From: an uncultured Methanosarcinales archaeon
GTDB taxonomy: Archaea > Nanobdellota > Nanobdellia > Woesearchaeales > JAGLXL01
Assembly: GCA_964364045.1 (NCBI GenBank)
Contig: CAYIKL010000004.1
Coordinates: forward strand, 1-46,786
Length of the DNA stretch: 46,786 nucleotides
Reading direction: 5' to 3'
Shown piece by piece: positions 28,220 through 37,276 of the stretch. How positions within the stretch are numbered: position 1 is the stretch's first letter; each line of letters starts with the position of its first letter. A model generated the notes under the pieces. That model was not told the origin of the DNA, did not search any database, and saw only the letters and a program-made list of their open reading frames with translations. A program made the position numbers and the translations under genes.

Positions 28220-29178
28220 GTCACGCTCTCCTTTATTTTTGTTATGACATTGAAAACGCGCATTGCTTCTTCCATGTTATTCATCTTTTTCTTCCCTGAA
28301 AAAAAATGTTTTAACTGCGCCACGTATACGTCATCTATTTTACTTGGAAATGCGATACTTCTCTCATTTTCCCCATGCACAGTTATCGTGTTATTGATAA
28401 GGTCAGCGACTAAGGTTTTATCTGCAAATTCGAGGATGATCTCCCTTCTCTTCAGCCGGCTCATAAAGTTCATATGCAGGTTGCATGGTGTGTTTCCAAA
28501 TTCCATTAAAATGTCAGCGAAATCTTCCGCATCTGCTGTTACAGCCCCTAACTTTTTTGAATTCCCTTTGATGTTCTTTGGTTCCCCAAAGAGAAAATAA
28601 AGATAATCAATTTCATGCGACAAGTCAAGTATTGCTCCGCCACCCATGCGCTTATGCGCACTATAATACTTTAAGCTGCTACCCTTTCTCCAGCCAGGCA
28701 GATATGAACTTACTTGAACACGCACATGTAGCGGCTTTTTGTCAGCCGTGTACTTTTTTAGCCATCGTATTACCGGATGAAATCTGAGACAGTACGCGAT
28801 GTAGCTTTTCGTCTTGTTCTTTTTGACACACTCTACTAACTCACGGATCCCCTTCTGATCATGAGATAACGGCTTCTCTATGAACAGGTCCATGCCTCTC
28901 TCAGCACAGAATGTTGCATATTTCACATGCTCAGATGTAGGGCAGGTGATGAAGGCTACGTCTGGATCGAGGCGCTCAACTTCTTCAAGAGTGTGTATCT
29001 CTACTATTCCCATCTCGTTCACACTTCCCGTTCTTGAGCGGAAAGCGTAAAGTTCGCAGTTGAAGTTATCCCTGATAAGCTGCGCATGCCTCCTTCCGAT
29101 TGAGCCAAGACCAAAAAAAATAACTCTCAGACCCCCGAGATTTTTATCACTCATCCGAGAAAAAATCTCGTTGGTCAT
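28216..29178 (-). CDS. Gfo/Idh/MocA oxidoreductase (PtmF/ElaA-like)
   Basis: GLGSIGRRH, FIEKPLS, LRFHP, SYLPGWR, GGGAILDLSHEIDY. Start is 29178 or 29154. Confidence 0.92.
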   Translation of the reverse strand: MTNEIFSRMSDKNLGGLRVIFFGLGSIGRRHAQLIRDNFNCELYAFRSRTGSVNEMGIVEIHTLEEVERLDPDVAFITCPTSEHVKYATFCAERGMDLFIEKPLSHDQKGIRELVECVKKNKTKSYIAYCLRFHPVIRWLKKYTADKKPLHVRVQVSSYLPGWRKGSSLKYYSAHKRMGGGAILDLSHEIDYLYFLFGEPKNIKGNSKKLGAVTADAEDFADILMEFGNTPCNLHMNFMSRLKRREIILEFADKTLVADLINNTITVHGENERSIAFPSKIDDVYVAQLKHFFSGKKKMNNMEEAMRVFNVITKIKESVT

Positions 29179-29207
29179 TTATAAATTTATACCTAAAAGA
29201 GCATAAT

Positions 29208-29217
29208 CTTTATAAAG
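29208..29217. promoter_or_regulatory. Palindromic TATA box in a 62-bp divergent gap
   Basis: CTTTATAAAG, a perfect palindrome about 30 nt from the ATG at 29178 (-) and about 24 nt from the ATG at 29241 (+). Confidence 0.6.
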
Positions 29218-29240
29218 CACTCGTCGGCACCTAGAACTTC

Positions 29241-30206
29241 ATGGTTTCGAGACCTGTTTTGCAGCGTGAAAATATCTTTGTAACATCTCCGTTGCTTGTG
29301 GAAGGTGCGTCTCGCGCAGGAAAGTTTTTCTTAGGAAATCTGCTTGCTGGGATAGAAGGTGTTGAAGGAATACAATGGATTGGAATGACTGAGCAGCTGA
29401 TTCATCTGTATCATCTTGGACTCATTGAAAAGGAACCCCTTAAGAATATCATTCTTATTGAATTTGATAATCTTGGTTATCAGCGAATGATCGGAAGAAA
29501 TCTCAATTTTCGCTATGATGATAAGACTTCTATTTATAACTCACCTAATCCCAAACTCCTTTTGGAGCGCTGCTTGGGCGCTGATGGGGAAGTAGTAGTT
29601 GAATTTGTCAAGTCGAATAATCTTTGCTTCCCATTTTTAATACATGAAGCATTTCAGGATATCGATCTTTTCCTTGAGGCATCGCCCTCTCTTAAAGTGC
29701 TGCGTATCGAACGACATCCAGTTGATTTAGTCTTTTCCTGGTTTAAAAGAGGCTGGGGTCGGAGGCTTGGCACCGATGCACGGGATTGCACGGTGATTCT
29801 TGAAGGAAAGAAATGTCCACTGCCCTGGTTTGCGCATGGTGCGGAAGAACTTTATGCAGATGTTAGCGAGATGGACAGGGTCATTCATGCGCTGTTTCTG
29901 ATTAATCGCATGGCAGAGGCGCGCCAAGCGCATCTCAGTGATAAACAAAAGAAACGAATTCTCTTTGTTTCATTTGAGGCGTTCCACGTTGAACCTGACA
30001 AGGAAATTGAAAAAATTGCGGCATTTCTTTGTCGAAAAGTGGGTTCTCTTTGGGTAACAGCAAAACTAAAACAAAAACTTCCTGCAAAACATCCACGTGA
30101 GGCTCGGAAAGAGAAAGAAAAAGAGATTGCACGTCTTGCGTCTCCTAAAGCATTTGCTCTTCTGAAGGAAATGGAGAAGAAGTATCACCAACGCTGGGGA
30201 GAGTGA
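29241..30206 (+). CDS. Divergent sulfotransferase-fold protein
   Basis: VEGASRAGK (5'-PSB-like loop), RHPVDLVFSW (3'-PB-like), VSFEAFHVEP...IEKIAAFL. Confidence 0.6.
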   Translation: MVSRPVLQRENIFVTSPLLVEGASRAGKFFLGNLLAGIEGVEGIQWIGMTEQLIHLYHLGLIEKEPLKNIILIEFDNLGYQRMIGRNLNFRYDDKTSIYNSPNPKLLLERCLGADGEVVVEFVKSNNLCFPFLIHEAFQDIDLFLEASPSLKVLRIERHPVDLVFSWFKRGWGRRLGTDARDCTVILEGKKCPLPWFAHGAEELYADVSEMDRVIHALFLINRMAEARQAHLSDKQKKRILFVSFEAFHVEPDKEIEKIAAFLCRKVGSLWVTAKLKQKLPAKHPREARKEKEKEIARLASPKAFALLKEMEKKYHQRWGE

Positions 30207-30222
30207 GTCCTGTAAACTCGGC

Positions 30223-31761
30223 TTACCTGCTCATCGCTTCTATCATTTTTGCAACGTTTTCATACGCTTTTCCGGTTATCTTTCCGCACTTGTTCTTGAT
30301 GTACTTCTTGCTCTTTCGTTGTATCTCCTTGTTACCTGCAAGTGCTGTCTTCACTGCGCTCACAATGTCGCCATCCCAGTCAACATTCACTGTGATCCCT
30401 TTTTCCTCTATCCATCGTGTATGGAACTTGCTGCCCAGCAGGTCAATAGTCATCGTGGGCCTGTCGATGATCATCGCCTCGACAGCAACGGTTGATCCAA
30501 AATTAGCCATGAGATCGCTCGATTTCATCAGCTCATAAAATTTCTCTTCCAGAACATCGCCGCCAAACACTGAGCCCTTACATCCCAGATCATCGAGAAG
30601 CTTTTGATAGTTGTTCATGCACCGCTCTTTCGGAACTTCGCGCGGATGAAGCTTGATTACCAGGTTCATATCTGTCTTTTTCATCTCTTTCAGGATAACT
30701 TTCATCCGCCGCAGGTATTCGCTTTCTGAGATAAGATTGCTTTGCACGGCGGGGATAGTAGCGAGCAATATTGTGTTTGTATCCCGGTGCTTTGCACCAA
30801 TATATTTTGCGATATGGTCAAACACGACGCAACCAACGACAACGAGCTTTTTCTTCGGCCATCCAACAGCCATCGCTTCTCTCCTGAGATAGTCGCTGAA
30901 CATCAGCTTGTAGAAATATTCATTCTGCACGTCGAATGGTTCCGGAGCGACTATCTCTTCTCCTATGCCGTGCTGCAGTCTCAGCACATTTATTTTTAAC
31001 TTATTGGCGGCAGCAATCAGACACTTCTCAAAAATGCTGTTCTGTGATGTTATAAGCACTACTTTCACATTCTCTTTCAGAAGCATGTCCAGGAAGATGT
31101 GATAATACAACGATGTTACGTACAAGAATTCCTTTGAAAAGAAGAAATTGAACGCATATTTAAAGTAATACCACAGCGATATTCCATTCCACTCAAGCAT
31201 TCTCTGTTTTTGTTCGACGCTGATTTGTTTCCATTGCTTATGCAGTTCCTGTGCTTCTTTTTTTGCTTTCTCCATAATATTGTCTGTACAGTATTGGTAG
31301 ATGCTGCACCGGTCTTTGAGCAGCGTATATCTGCTGCTGGAGAGTGGATCTGCAAAAACCACAAAATCTTTGATATTTCCTCTTTCCTTAACCTTATCAA
31401 TAATTCCCTGGATACGGTAGAGCTTGCCGTCACTGACATGGTTTGTGTAGGTAAGGAAGAGCACTTTCTTTTGCCGGGTTATGTTTGGAGTTTTCTTCAA
31501 GAATTTTATTTTTCTCCTTTCTTTCATCACCAGATACTTTCTTGAAAGCACTGAAATGGACAGCTTTGCCATTTCAAGGAGGCTCAGCTTTCTATTGCTC
31601 TTTATGCTTTCAAATGTATTCAGTTGCCGTGGCATGACATGGCCTAAAAAGAAGCGATTGTGGAACCACCAGAGCGGGATGCCGTCTAACGTCAATTCGC
31701 TAAAACTTTTTCCATCAATTTTTTGATACGGCCAATGGCGCATAAATTCTTCAAGATCCAT
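30223..31761 (-). CDS. GT-B-like protein, candidate nonulosonate (sialyl-type) transferase
   Basis: LQHG, VVVG...FD, IKLHPRE, STVAVEAMIIDRP; adjacent to the CMP-NulO operon. Confidence 0.6.
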   Translation of the reverse strand: MDLEEFMRHWPYQKIDGKSFSELTLDGIPLWWFHNRFFLGHVMPRQLNTFESIKSNRKLSLLEMAKLSISVLSRKYLVMKERRKIKFLKKTPNITRQKKVLFLTYTNHVSDGKLYRIQGIIDKVKERGNIKDFVVFADPLSSSRYTLLKDRCSIYQYCTDNIMEKAKKEAQELHKQWKQISVEQKQRMLEWNGISLWYYFKYAFNFFFSKEFLYVTSLYYHIFLDMLLKENVKVVLITSQNSIFEKCLIAAANKLKINVLRLQHGIGEEIVAPEPFDVQNEYFYKLMFSDYLRREAMAVGWPKKKLVVVGCVVFDHIAKYIGAKHRDTNTILLATIPAVQSNLISESEYLRRMKVILKEMKKTDMNLVIKLHPREVPKERCMNNYQKLLDDLGCKGSVFGGDVLEEKFYELMKSSDLMANFGSTVAVEAMIIDRPTMTIDLLGSKFHTRWIEEKGITVNVDWDGDIVSAVKTALAGNKEIQRKSKKYIKNKCGKITGKAYENVAKMIEAMSR

Positions 31762-31844
31762 TTTGCTAACTCTTAAGTCCAGCCTTTATATTTGTTGGGG
31801 TTTTCTCGGTTAATTTTATATATAAACATCCATCCTGCCTGCCC

Positions 31845-32984
31845 ATGAACATCGTGCTTATGGTATCGGGAATACAGCCCGGGATGAAAGAGTCTCTCGC
31901 GCTTACGACGCTTCATCTTGCCCGGCAATTGACTACAAATGGTCATCATGTTACAGTGATTTCGAGAAACAAATGGAAACAACCCGTGTTTGAGGTTGTT
32001 GATGGCATCACTTTTGTTCGGACAAAATCATTCTGGAAATTCCCATTGTACAACAAGTTGCTTGCATTTCCTTTTGCTGTGGGAAGGTTGAAGAGGAAAG
32101 ACATTGATGTTATCCATGGCTTCAGCGCCTCGCCCGTGTTAGTTCTGCGGAGCCTGATTGCACGAATATTTTATGCAAAAAATGCACGTGTTGTTCATAC
32201 GTTGAAGTCGTATCCTATCAGGAAAGATGTTAAAGAAAAGAGAGGAAGTGTCATCCTCAGCCGCCTTGGTGATTCTCTCTATCGGCTGCTCAATTACGCT
32301 GATGTTGTTACAGTTCCAACAGAAGCGTATATGCAGAAGTTGGTACATAAAGGAGTACATGAAAACAAAATTAAGGTGGTGCACTCTTTTGTTGATTTAG
32401 AAAAATTTTTTCCGCAGGATAGGTGTAAGCTGAAAAAAAAGTATGGCTATCAAGACAAGGTGATTTTCCATTACGGCTCGATGTGGGAGATCAAAGGTAC
32501 AGGTTATCTTATTTCCAGCCTGCCTCTGATCATTAAGAAAATACCTAGTGTGAAACTCGTTCTTGCGCCGCGCAATCCAGAACAGGCATTAGAGAAGTAC
32601 ATGCCAATCGTCAAGAAGCTAAAAGTTGAGGAGCATGTTGAATTCGTGCTGCGTGATATCAAAATCGAGGATTATGTCAATCTCGCTGATGTTGTTGTGC
32701 TGCCGTATCCGCATCTTGAGGGGACGGAGGGAAACCCTTCCTGCCTGCTGGAGGCGCTGGCATGTGGGACGCCGGTTGTCTCAACAGCGCTGCCTGAATT
32801 GGAAGAATTGTTTTCAGATTGTGCTGTGCTTGTGAAGCCAATGGATATTCGTGCACTTGCTGATGGCGTTATTTCTGTTTTGAATGGCAACAATTCTCAA
32901 CTAGTTGAAAAAGGACTAAAGAAAGTCAATAAATTTGGAATTGATAAAATCACCAGAGATTTTCTTCACTTGTATCACTCATAG
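31845..32984 (+). CDS. GT4 glycosyltransferase
   Basis: GHHVTVI, DVIHG, KG, EGNPSCLLEALACGTPVVST (E-x7-E). Confidence 0.93.
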   Translation: MNIVLMVSGIQPGMKESLALTTLHLARQLTTNGHHVTVISRNKWKQPVFEVVDGITFVRTKSFWKFPLYNKLLAFPFAVGRLKRKDIDVIHGFSASPVLVLRSLIARIFYAKNARVVHTLKSYPIRKDVKEKRGSVILSRLGDSLYRLLNYADVVTVPTEAYMQKLVHKGVHENKIKVVHSFVDLEKFFPQDRCKLKKKYGYQDKVIFHYGSMWEIKGTGYLISSLPLIIKKIPSVKLVLAPRNPEQALEKYMPIVKKLKVEEHVEFVLRDIKIEDYVNLADVVVLPYPHLEGTEGNPSCLLEALACGTPVVSTALPELEELFSDCAVLVKPMDIRALADGVISVLNGNNSQLVEKGLKKVNKFGIDKITRDFLHLYHS

Positions 32985-33968
32985 CTTATCTGTTTTTCCC
33001 ATGCGCTGAAGTTTGTCATTTGCGATGCCAATTATTCTTCGTGCTTCAATAGCTGCTCCTGTTAATCCATTGTCGCTGAAGTATTTTTCGACTAATGGCA
33101 TCGCTCTTTTTAAAGTCTCCAACTCTCTGAAACTTGCTGCATATCGTTCTATAGTCTCTACTTCGGGCTGCTGCCATACTTCTCTCCATTCCCTGTATGC
33201 AGCTATCAGCTTCTCTGGCTCTTTTACGAATCCCATCGCTTCAACACCCATTGCAAAGAATAAGGTACTTTGCAGTAATGCTCTATCCTTGGTGAGCCCA
33301 CTAAGCCTTCTCATTGCGTTGATACACTCTTTTGCTTTTTCGTATTCTCCTGCTCCCTTGTGCGCGTACATTGCTGTTCCCCAGTTATTCCATGCGGGAA
33401 GGTATTCACTCCTTGCTTCAAGTTTTCCTGCATGCTCTTTAAGTATCATTGCCATGCCATACCCTCTTTCCCTGTCTTCTGGGCGGTCACTTAGAGATAA
33501 CAGCAGGCTCACATTATGCTCCGCTCTCCCCATATAGTTTCCCAATACTGCTTTTACTTGAGGCGTTGCTTTTTCTATATGTGTATAACACCGCAGTGCG
33601 CATTCCAGTGCTTTTGCGCCATCACCGTTTGCAAGATCCTGCCCTATCGTTTCTTCCCCTTCGATGTTGATTGCGAGGACTTCTCTTGCTATCTCATCGG
33701 CCAGATTCTCTAATCCTTCCCTCGCCCTGGCAAAAGAATCAACGGCAGCTGCAAAATTTCCCTCGTAGAATCGTGCCCGATCGGCGTCCAATACCAAACC
33801 GACCAGTTGAGCGGTCCTATTTCCTGATACTTTCAGTCGCTCAATGACTTCACGTGCTCTTTCCTTAACTGTAGGAGTCCTTTCATGGGATGTCCGGAGC
33901 TTGTCGAGGTATTCGCTTGCTAATTCTCTCTCTTCTCCTGCTTCTAGTATATTCACGAGACTTGCCAT
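32979..33968 (-). CDS. Hypothetical alpha-helical (TPR-like) protein
   Basis: About 330-aa ORF rich in Ala/Glu/Leu/Arg; helical-repeat-like segments (GNFAAAVDSFARA, GEYEKAKEC); own TTTATAAAT at 33992-34000. Confidence 0.7.
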   Translation of the reverse strand: MASLVNILEAGEERELASEYLDKLRTSHERTPTVKERAREVIERLKVSGNRTAQLVGLVLDADRARFYEGNFAAAVDSFARAREGLENLADEIAREVLAINIEGEETIGQDLANGDGAKALECALRCYTHIEKATPQVKAVLGNYMGRAEHNVSLLLSLSDRPEDRERGYGMAMILKEHAGKLEARSEYLPAWNNWGTAMYAHKGAGEYEKAKECINAMRRLSGLTKDRALLQSTLFFAMGVEAMGFVKEPEKLIAAYREWREVWQQPEVETIERYAASFRELETLKRAMPLVEKYFSDNGLTGAAIEARRIIGIANDKLQRMGKTDKL

Positions 33969-34022
33969 TAACCGCACTTTTCCGCTGCTTGTTTATAAAT
34001 TTTCTGCACTTAGGCGTGTAAC

Positions 34023-35180
34023 CTATCTCTCCTCTAAGAAAAAATACCCAAGGCTACATAATGCAGCGATAGCGAAACTCAGAGAAAATGGATTGATATC
34101 AACATAAAAAATAAGGATTAAAATCGGCATGATTATCACACGGCTTATGTTATAGATGATTTCCCTCCCAACGATAAACCTGAAATATCCTCTCCGCATC
34201 GCAAGATCATAGCTCTTTGCTGTCCAAGGGATATGAATTATTTTTTCCGCAATGTTCTTGTAGGAATCAACAATAAAAATTTTAAGGAATGTACCCGCAA
34301 AAATTCTACCGATCCATGCAAAAAAATAGAGGACTGTTCCAAACTTGAGCAGTCTTTGTCTATCATATGTGTCCGTAATTTTTCCGCTGTAGTAGACAAT
34401 CAAAAGTGATGCAAGCATTGATAATGTCACAATAAGCCCTGTTCTTGCAGTGGTTACTACTATGCTTATAAGAAAAACAGGCCATATCGTTCTGCCAATG
34501 ATTGACTCAACAGCGTACCCTGAAAAGCTGATCAACGTCCCTTTCCTTGCCATAATCTCCTTCCAGAGGTCGTTCTGCGTGAACTTCAGCTTTTCAAATC
34601 GCTCATTGTGCAGCGATAATGGAAGCGTTCCAATCAGCAGCAAGAGGGCGCCGGTGGCATAAAGTGCAAGGAAGCCAGCGTACAATGCGATGATGCCTCC
34701 GATCAAAGGGGCGAGAACATTGACCAGTATCGTCATTGCTGCGAGGAAGGAGACTTCCGCACCCCTCTTTTTTCTGTTTGAATGAATGATATAGTTAAGG
34801 TGATAGGAGTAATTGTAGAAAATCATGCGCCATGAAAACAAGAGTGGAAGAACAAAGAAAAGAATGGGATTTCGCTTTAGAGCGGCCAGGCCGGTGTAGC
34901 ATAGAATGAGGATGAGCACTGAAATCACCATCGATCTTTTTATTCCTGTTCTTGCGACAGTCTTTGCTCCGGGATAAGAAAAGATGACAAACCATAACGC
35001 CATTAAGAAATAAAAAATGAGAATGCTGTATATAGGATAGTCCAGCTTGAAGAGATAGATTGGAATGAAAATGCTGATTAAATCTTCCGCGAATGTCATG
35101 ATCGCAACAGCCAGATAGAAATTGTTCATCTCCTTGTTTCTAAAGAATTCGTGGAAGCTAAAATTCTCGAGCAGTGACAT
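34023..35180 (-). CDS. MFS transporter
   Basis: 385 aa with about 12 TM segments; IFIPIYL, APLIGG, GKITDTYDR loop motif. Confidence 0.82.
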   Translation of the reverse strand: MSLLENFSFHEFFRNKEMNNFYLAVAIMTFAEDLISIFIPIYLFKLDYPIYSILIFYFLMALWFVIFSYPGAKTVARTGIKRSMVISVLILILCYTGLAALKRNPILFFVLPLLFSWRMIFYNYSYHLNYIIHSNRKKRGAEVSFLAAMTILVNVLAPLIGGIIALYAGFLALYATGALLLLIGTLPLSLHNERFEKLKFTQNDLWKEIMARKGTLISFSGYAVESIIGRTIWPVFLISIVVTTARTGLIVTLSMLASLLIVYYSGKITDTYDRQRLLKFGTVLYFFAWIGRIFAGTFLKIFIVDSYKNIAEKIIHIPWTAKSYDLAMRRGYFRFIVGREIIYNISRVIIMPILILIFYVDINPFSLSFAIAALCSLGYFFLEER

Positions 35181-35212
35181 TCCCTAACTAAACATTATCC
35201 TAAATATAAATA

Positions 35213-37159
35213 TTACTTGACTCTTAAAAAAATGTACAGATTTTCTTTCTGCTGTACTGGCACAAACAGCCCTGATTTAGTAATCTCGTTATATCGTTGG
35301 TTCAGCATCTCCTGCGCTTTTTCCTGTCCGATTTCCTTGCTGAACTGCCGGAAATCCATCGATGGACTGAGGAGAAGGTAATCATAGTCCGCAGTGCTCA
35401 GAAAATCATGGATCTCATCAGCACTTCTATTTATGATGCCTTTTCTGAAGTCTAACTCATTTTGGCACCAATTGCAGCCGCCCTTTCCGAATCCGGTTGC
35501 GATCTTTGGCCTGTTCACATAGAGAAAAACTTTTTCGCCATTCGGAATGGAATTAAAAAGGGAAGCGAACTCAAATGCTTCGCTTGGACTTCCGGCAAAT
35601 GCACTTGATGTTGGCCAGGTTGACGTATTGAGCTGGTATTTCTGTTGCGCTGAGGTAAGCACGATTCCACCAATAGCGATTATCAAAATGGACAGCCAAA
35701 CCGCCTTTGAACTGGACAGCTTTTTCAGTGCGTAGAGGCCCTCTGCTGTAATAAGCGATATGGGAATTGCCATGAGCATCCATGTCCTAAATGCGCCTCG
35801 CGCTACCGATATGGGGAAAGCTGCGCCGTTCACACCCCAAAACGTGAAAATAAGCCAGAATAATGTCACTGCGAGCCATGTGTTTTCACTTTTAACGATT
35901 GATGCGCGATATTTGACCAGAACATAGACAACACCAATCATTGCCAGGATTGATATGACGATGCCTATTCCAATAGAATTGTTAATGAGGTTATCACTCT
36001 TTGCAAAAAAGAAGTCGCTGAATGTATACGCTCTTGAGGCTGAGCCGCCATAGTCAAACAGTGCATTGAAGATTTTTAGAATGACCGGCTTCGAAGGCCC
36101 TTGAGCAGCACCAGTAAAACTTGCAAATGTTGTCTCGGGGACAACAGCATAATATCCCAGAAAATTTTTCAGCCCCTTTCTCAGGATCACTCCACCAAAA
36201 TAGAACATTGATAGTAACAGGCCACCGATCACCGCCATCATCTCTGCTTTCTTTATCTTTCTGAGCGTAATAGAAGAAACAACAATGTAGATGAGAATCA
36301 TCGTTGTTATTTTTACCGGCTGCTCAAAGTTCTGTGCTACCCAAATTGCGCCAACCATGATGGCGGCGGTAAATGACCATTTCCAGTCGCTTTTTATCCT
36401 CTCAAATGCGTACATTGTCGGACATATCAGTGTAATAGCAAGGGCATGCGCCCAGATGAAGTGGGTGAGATAGCTTGGAATTGCTGCCAAAACGAATGTG
36501 GCGAAAAGTGCCTTGTTTCGATCACCGATAAATTCTCTTGCAAAAATATAGAAGAACACAATGCCCAGAGAAATAAGAAGAGCGTTAAAGAACTTCATCG
36601 TCCACATGATGTCTGGTGATGTTTGGTGCAGTATACCCAATAAAATGTCATATGCAGGCGGGTACGGGTCGATGTATGACAATGCAGGATCAACATCCCA
36701 GTAACCAACGAGTGGAGGATCGTACGCATTCTTTTCAATCGAGACATAATCAACGCCGACCGCATGGCCCCAAGGGTCTTCATCTTCTAAATACGGATAG
36801 GAAAATGCTCCGGATGCATAGATGTAAAGTGAGATCATGGCGATGAACACTGTAAAGAGCAGCGTAAGTGTTGATCTTGTTACTTTTGGTTCTGGCATCC
36901 TCATCTGTTTATTTTTTATTTTCTTTGATAAGTCGTATATGGGAAGGATGATGCTGAGTACGAGGAATATTTTCCAGTCAAGTGGGATGTGAGCAAAATT
37001 CAGGATTACTGAAAGTATTGCGAACACGCCCAGGCCGAGGCCGATGTTGATGAAGAGGCGCTCCCAGAAATTGTCTGACTGTTTTAGCCAGTAGGTTGCG
37101 GTAAAGCCCAGCCCCCAGGTGTAGATGAAGAAGAGGATGATTGTTGTAATGCTTATCAT
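35213..37159 (-). CDS. Multi-pass membrane protein, GT-C-fold glycosyltransferase-like
   Basis: About 13 TM segments, acidic EDEDPWGH and DPYPP in the first large loop, soluble C-terminal domain; no WWDYG motif. Confidence 0.62.
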   Translation of the reverse strand: MISITTIILFFIYTWGLGFTATYWLKQSDNFWERLFINIGLGLGVFAILSVILNFAHIPLDWKIFLVLSIILPIYDLSKKIKNKQMRMPEPKVTRSTLTLLFTVFIAMISLYIYASGAFSYPYLEDEDPWGHAVGVDYVSIEKNAYDPPLVGYWDVDPALSYIDPYPPAYDILLGILHQTSPDIMWTMKFFNALLISLGIVFFYIFAREFIGDRNKALFATFVLAAIPSYLTHFIWAHALAITLICPTMYAFERIKSDWKWSFTAAIMVGAIWVAQNFEQPVKITTMILIYIVVSSITLRKIKKAEMMAVIGGLLLSMFYFGGVILRKGLKNFLGYYAVVPETTFASFTGAAQGPSKPVILKIFNALFDYGGSASRAYTFSDFFFAKSDNLINNSIGIGIVISILAMIGVVYVLVKYRASIVKSENTWLAVTLFWLIFTFWGVNGAAFPISVARGAFRTWMLMAIPISLITAEGLYALKKLSSSKAVWLSILIIAIGGIVLTSAQQKYQLNTSTWPTSSAFAGSPSEAFEFASLFNSIPNGEKVFLYVNRPKIATGFGKGGCNWCQNELDFRKGIINRSADEIHDFLSTADYDYLLLSPSMDFRQFSKEIGQEKAQEMLNQRYNEITKSGLFVPVQQKENLYIFLRVK

Positions 37160-37180
37160 TGGTGAGGGGAGAGTTGGGCT

Positions 37181-37254
37181 GGTATTTAAAGGTTGTTTGA
37201 GCTGTTTCTCAGCTGCTGCCGACCGACGCCAAGAGCCCTGCTATTTTATATATA
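37181..37254. promoter_or_regulatory. Divergent TATA boxes
   Basis: GGTATTTAAAGGTT at 37181-37194 (AACCTTTAAATACC on -), with an identical 14-mer at 41801-41814; TTTTATATATAA at about 37244-37254 before 37277. Confidence 0.65.
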
Positions 37255-37276
37255 ACCTTCTCTCATTTCTGCAAAA

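Noticed and set aside
35213-37159. AglB oligosaccharyltransferase
   Set aside because: No WWDYG or DK motif is visible.
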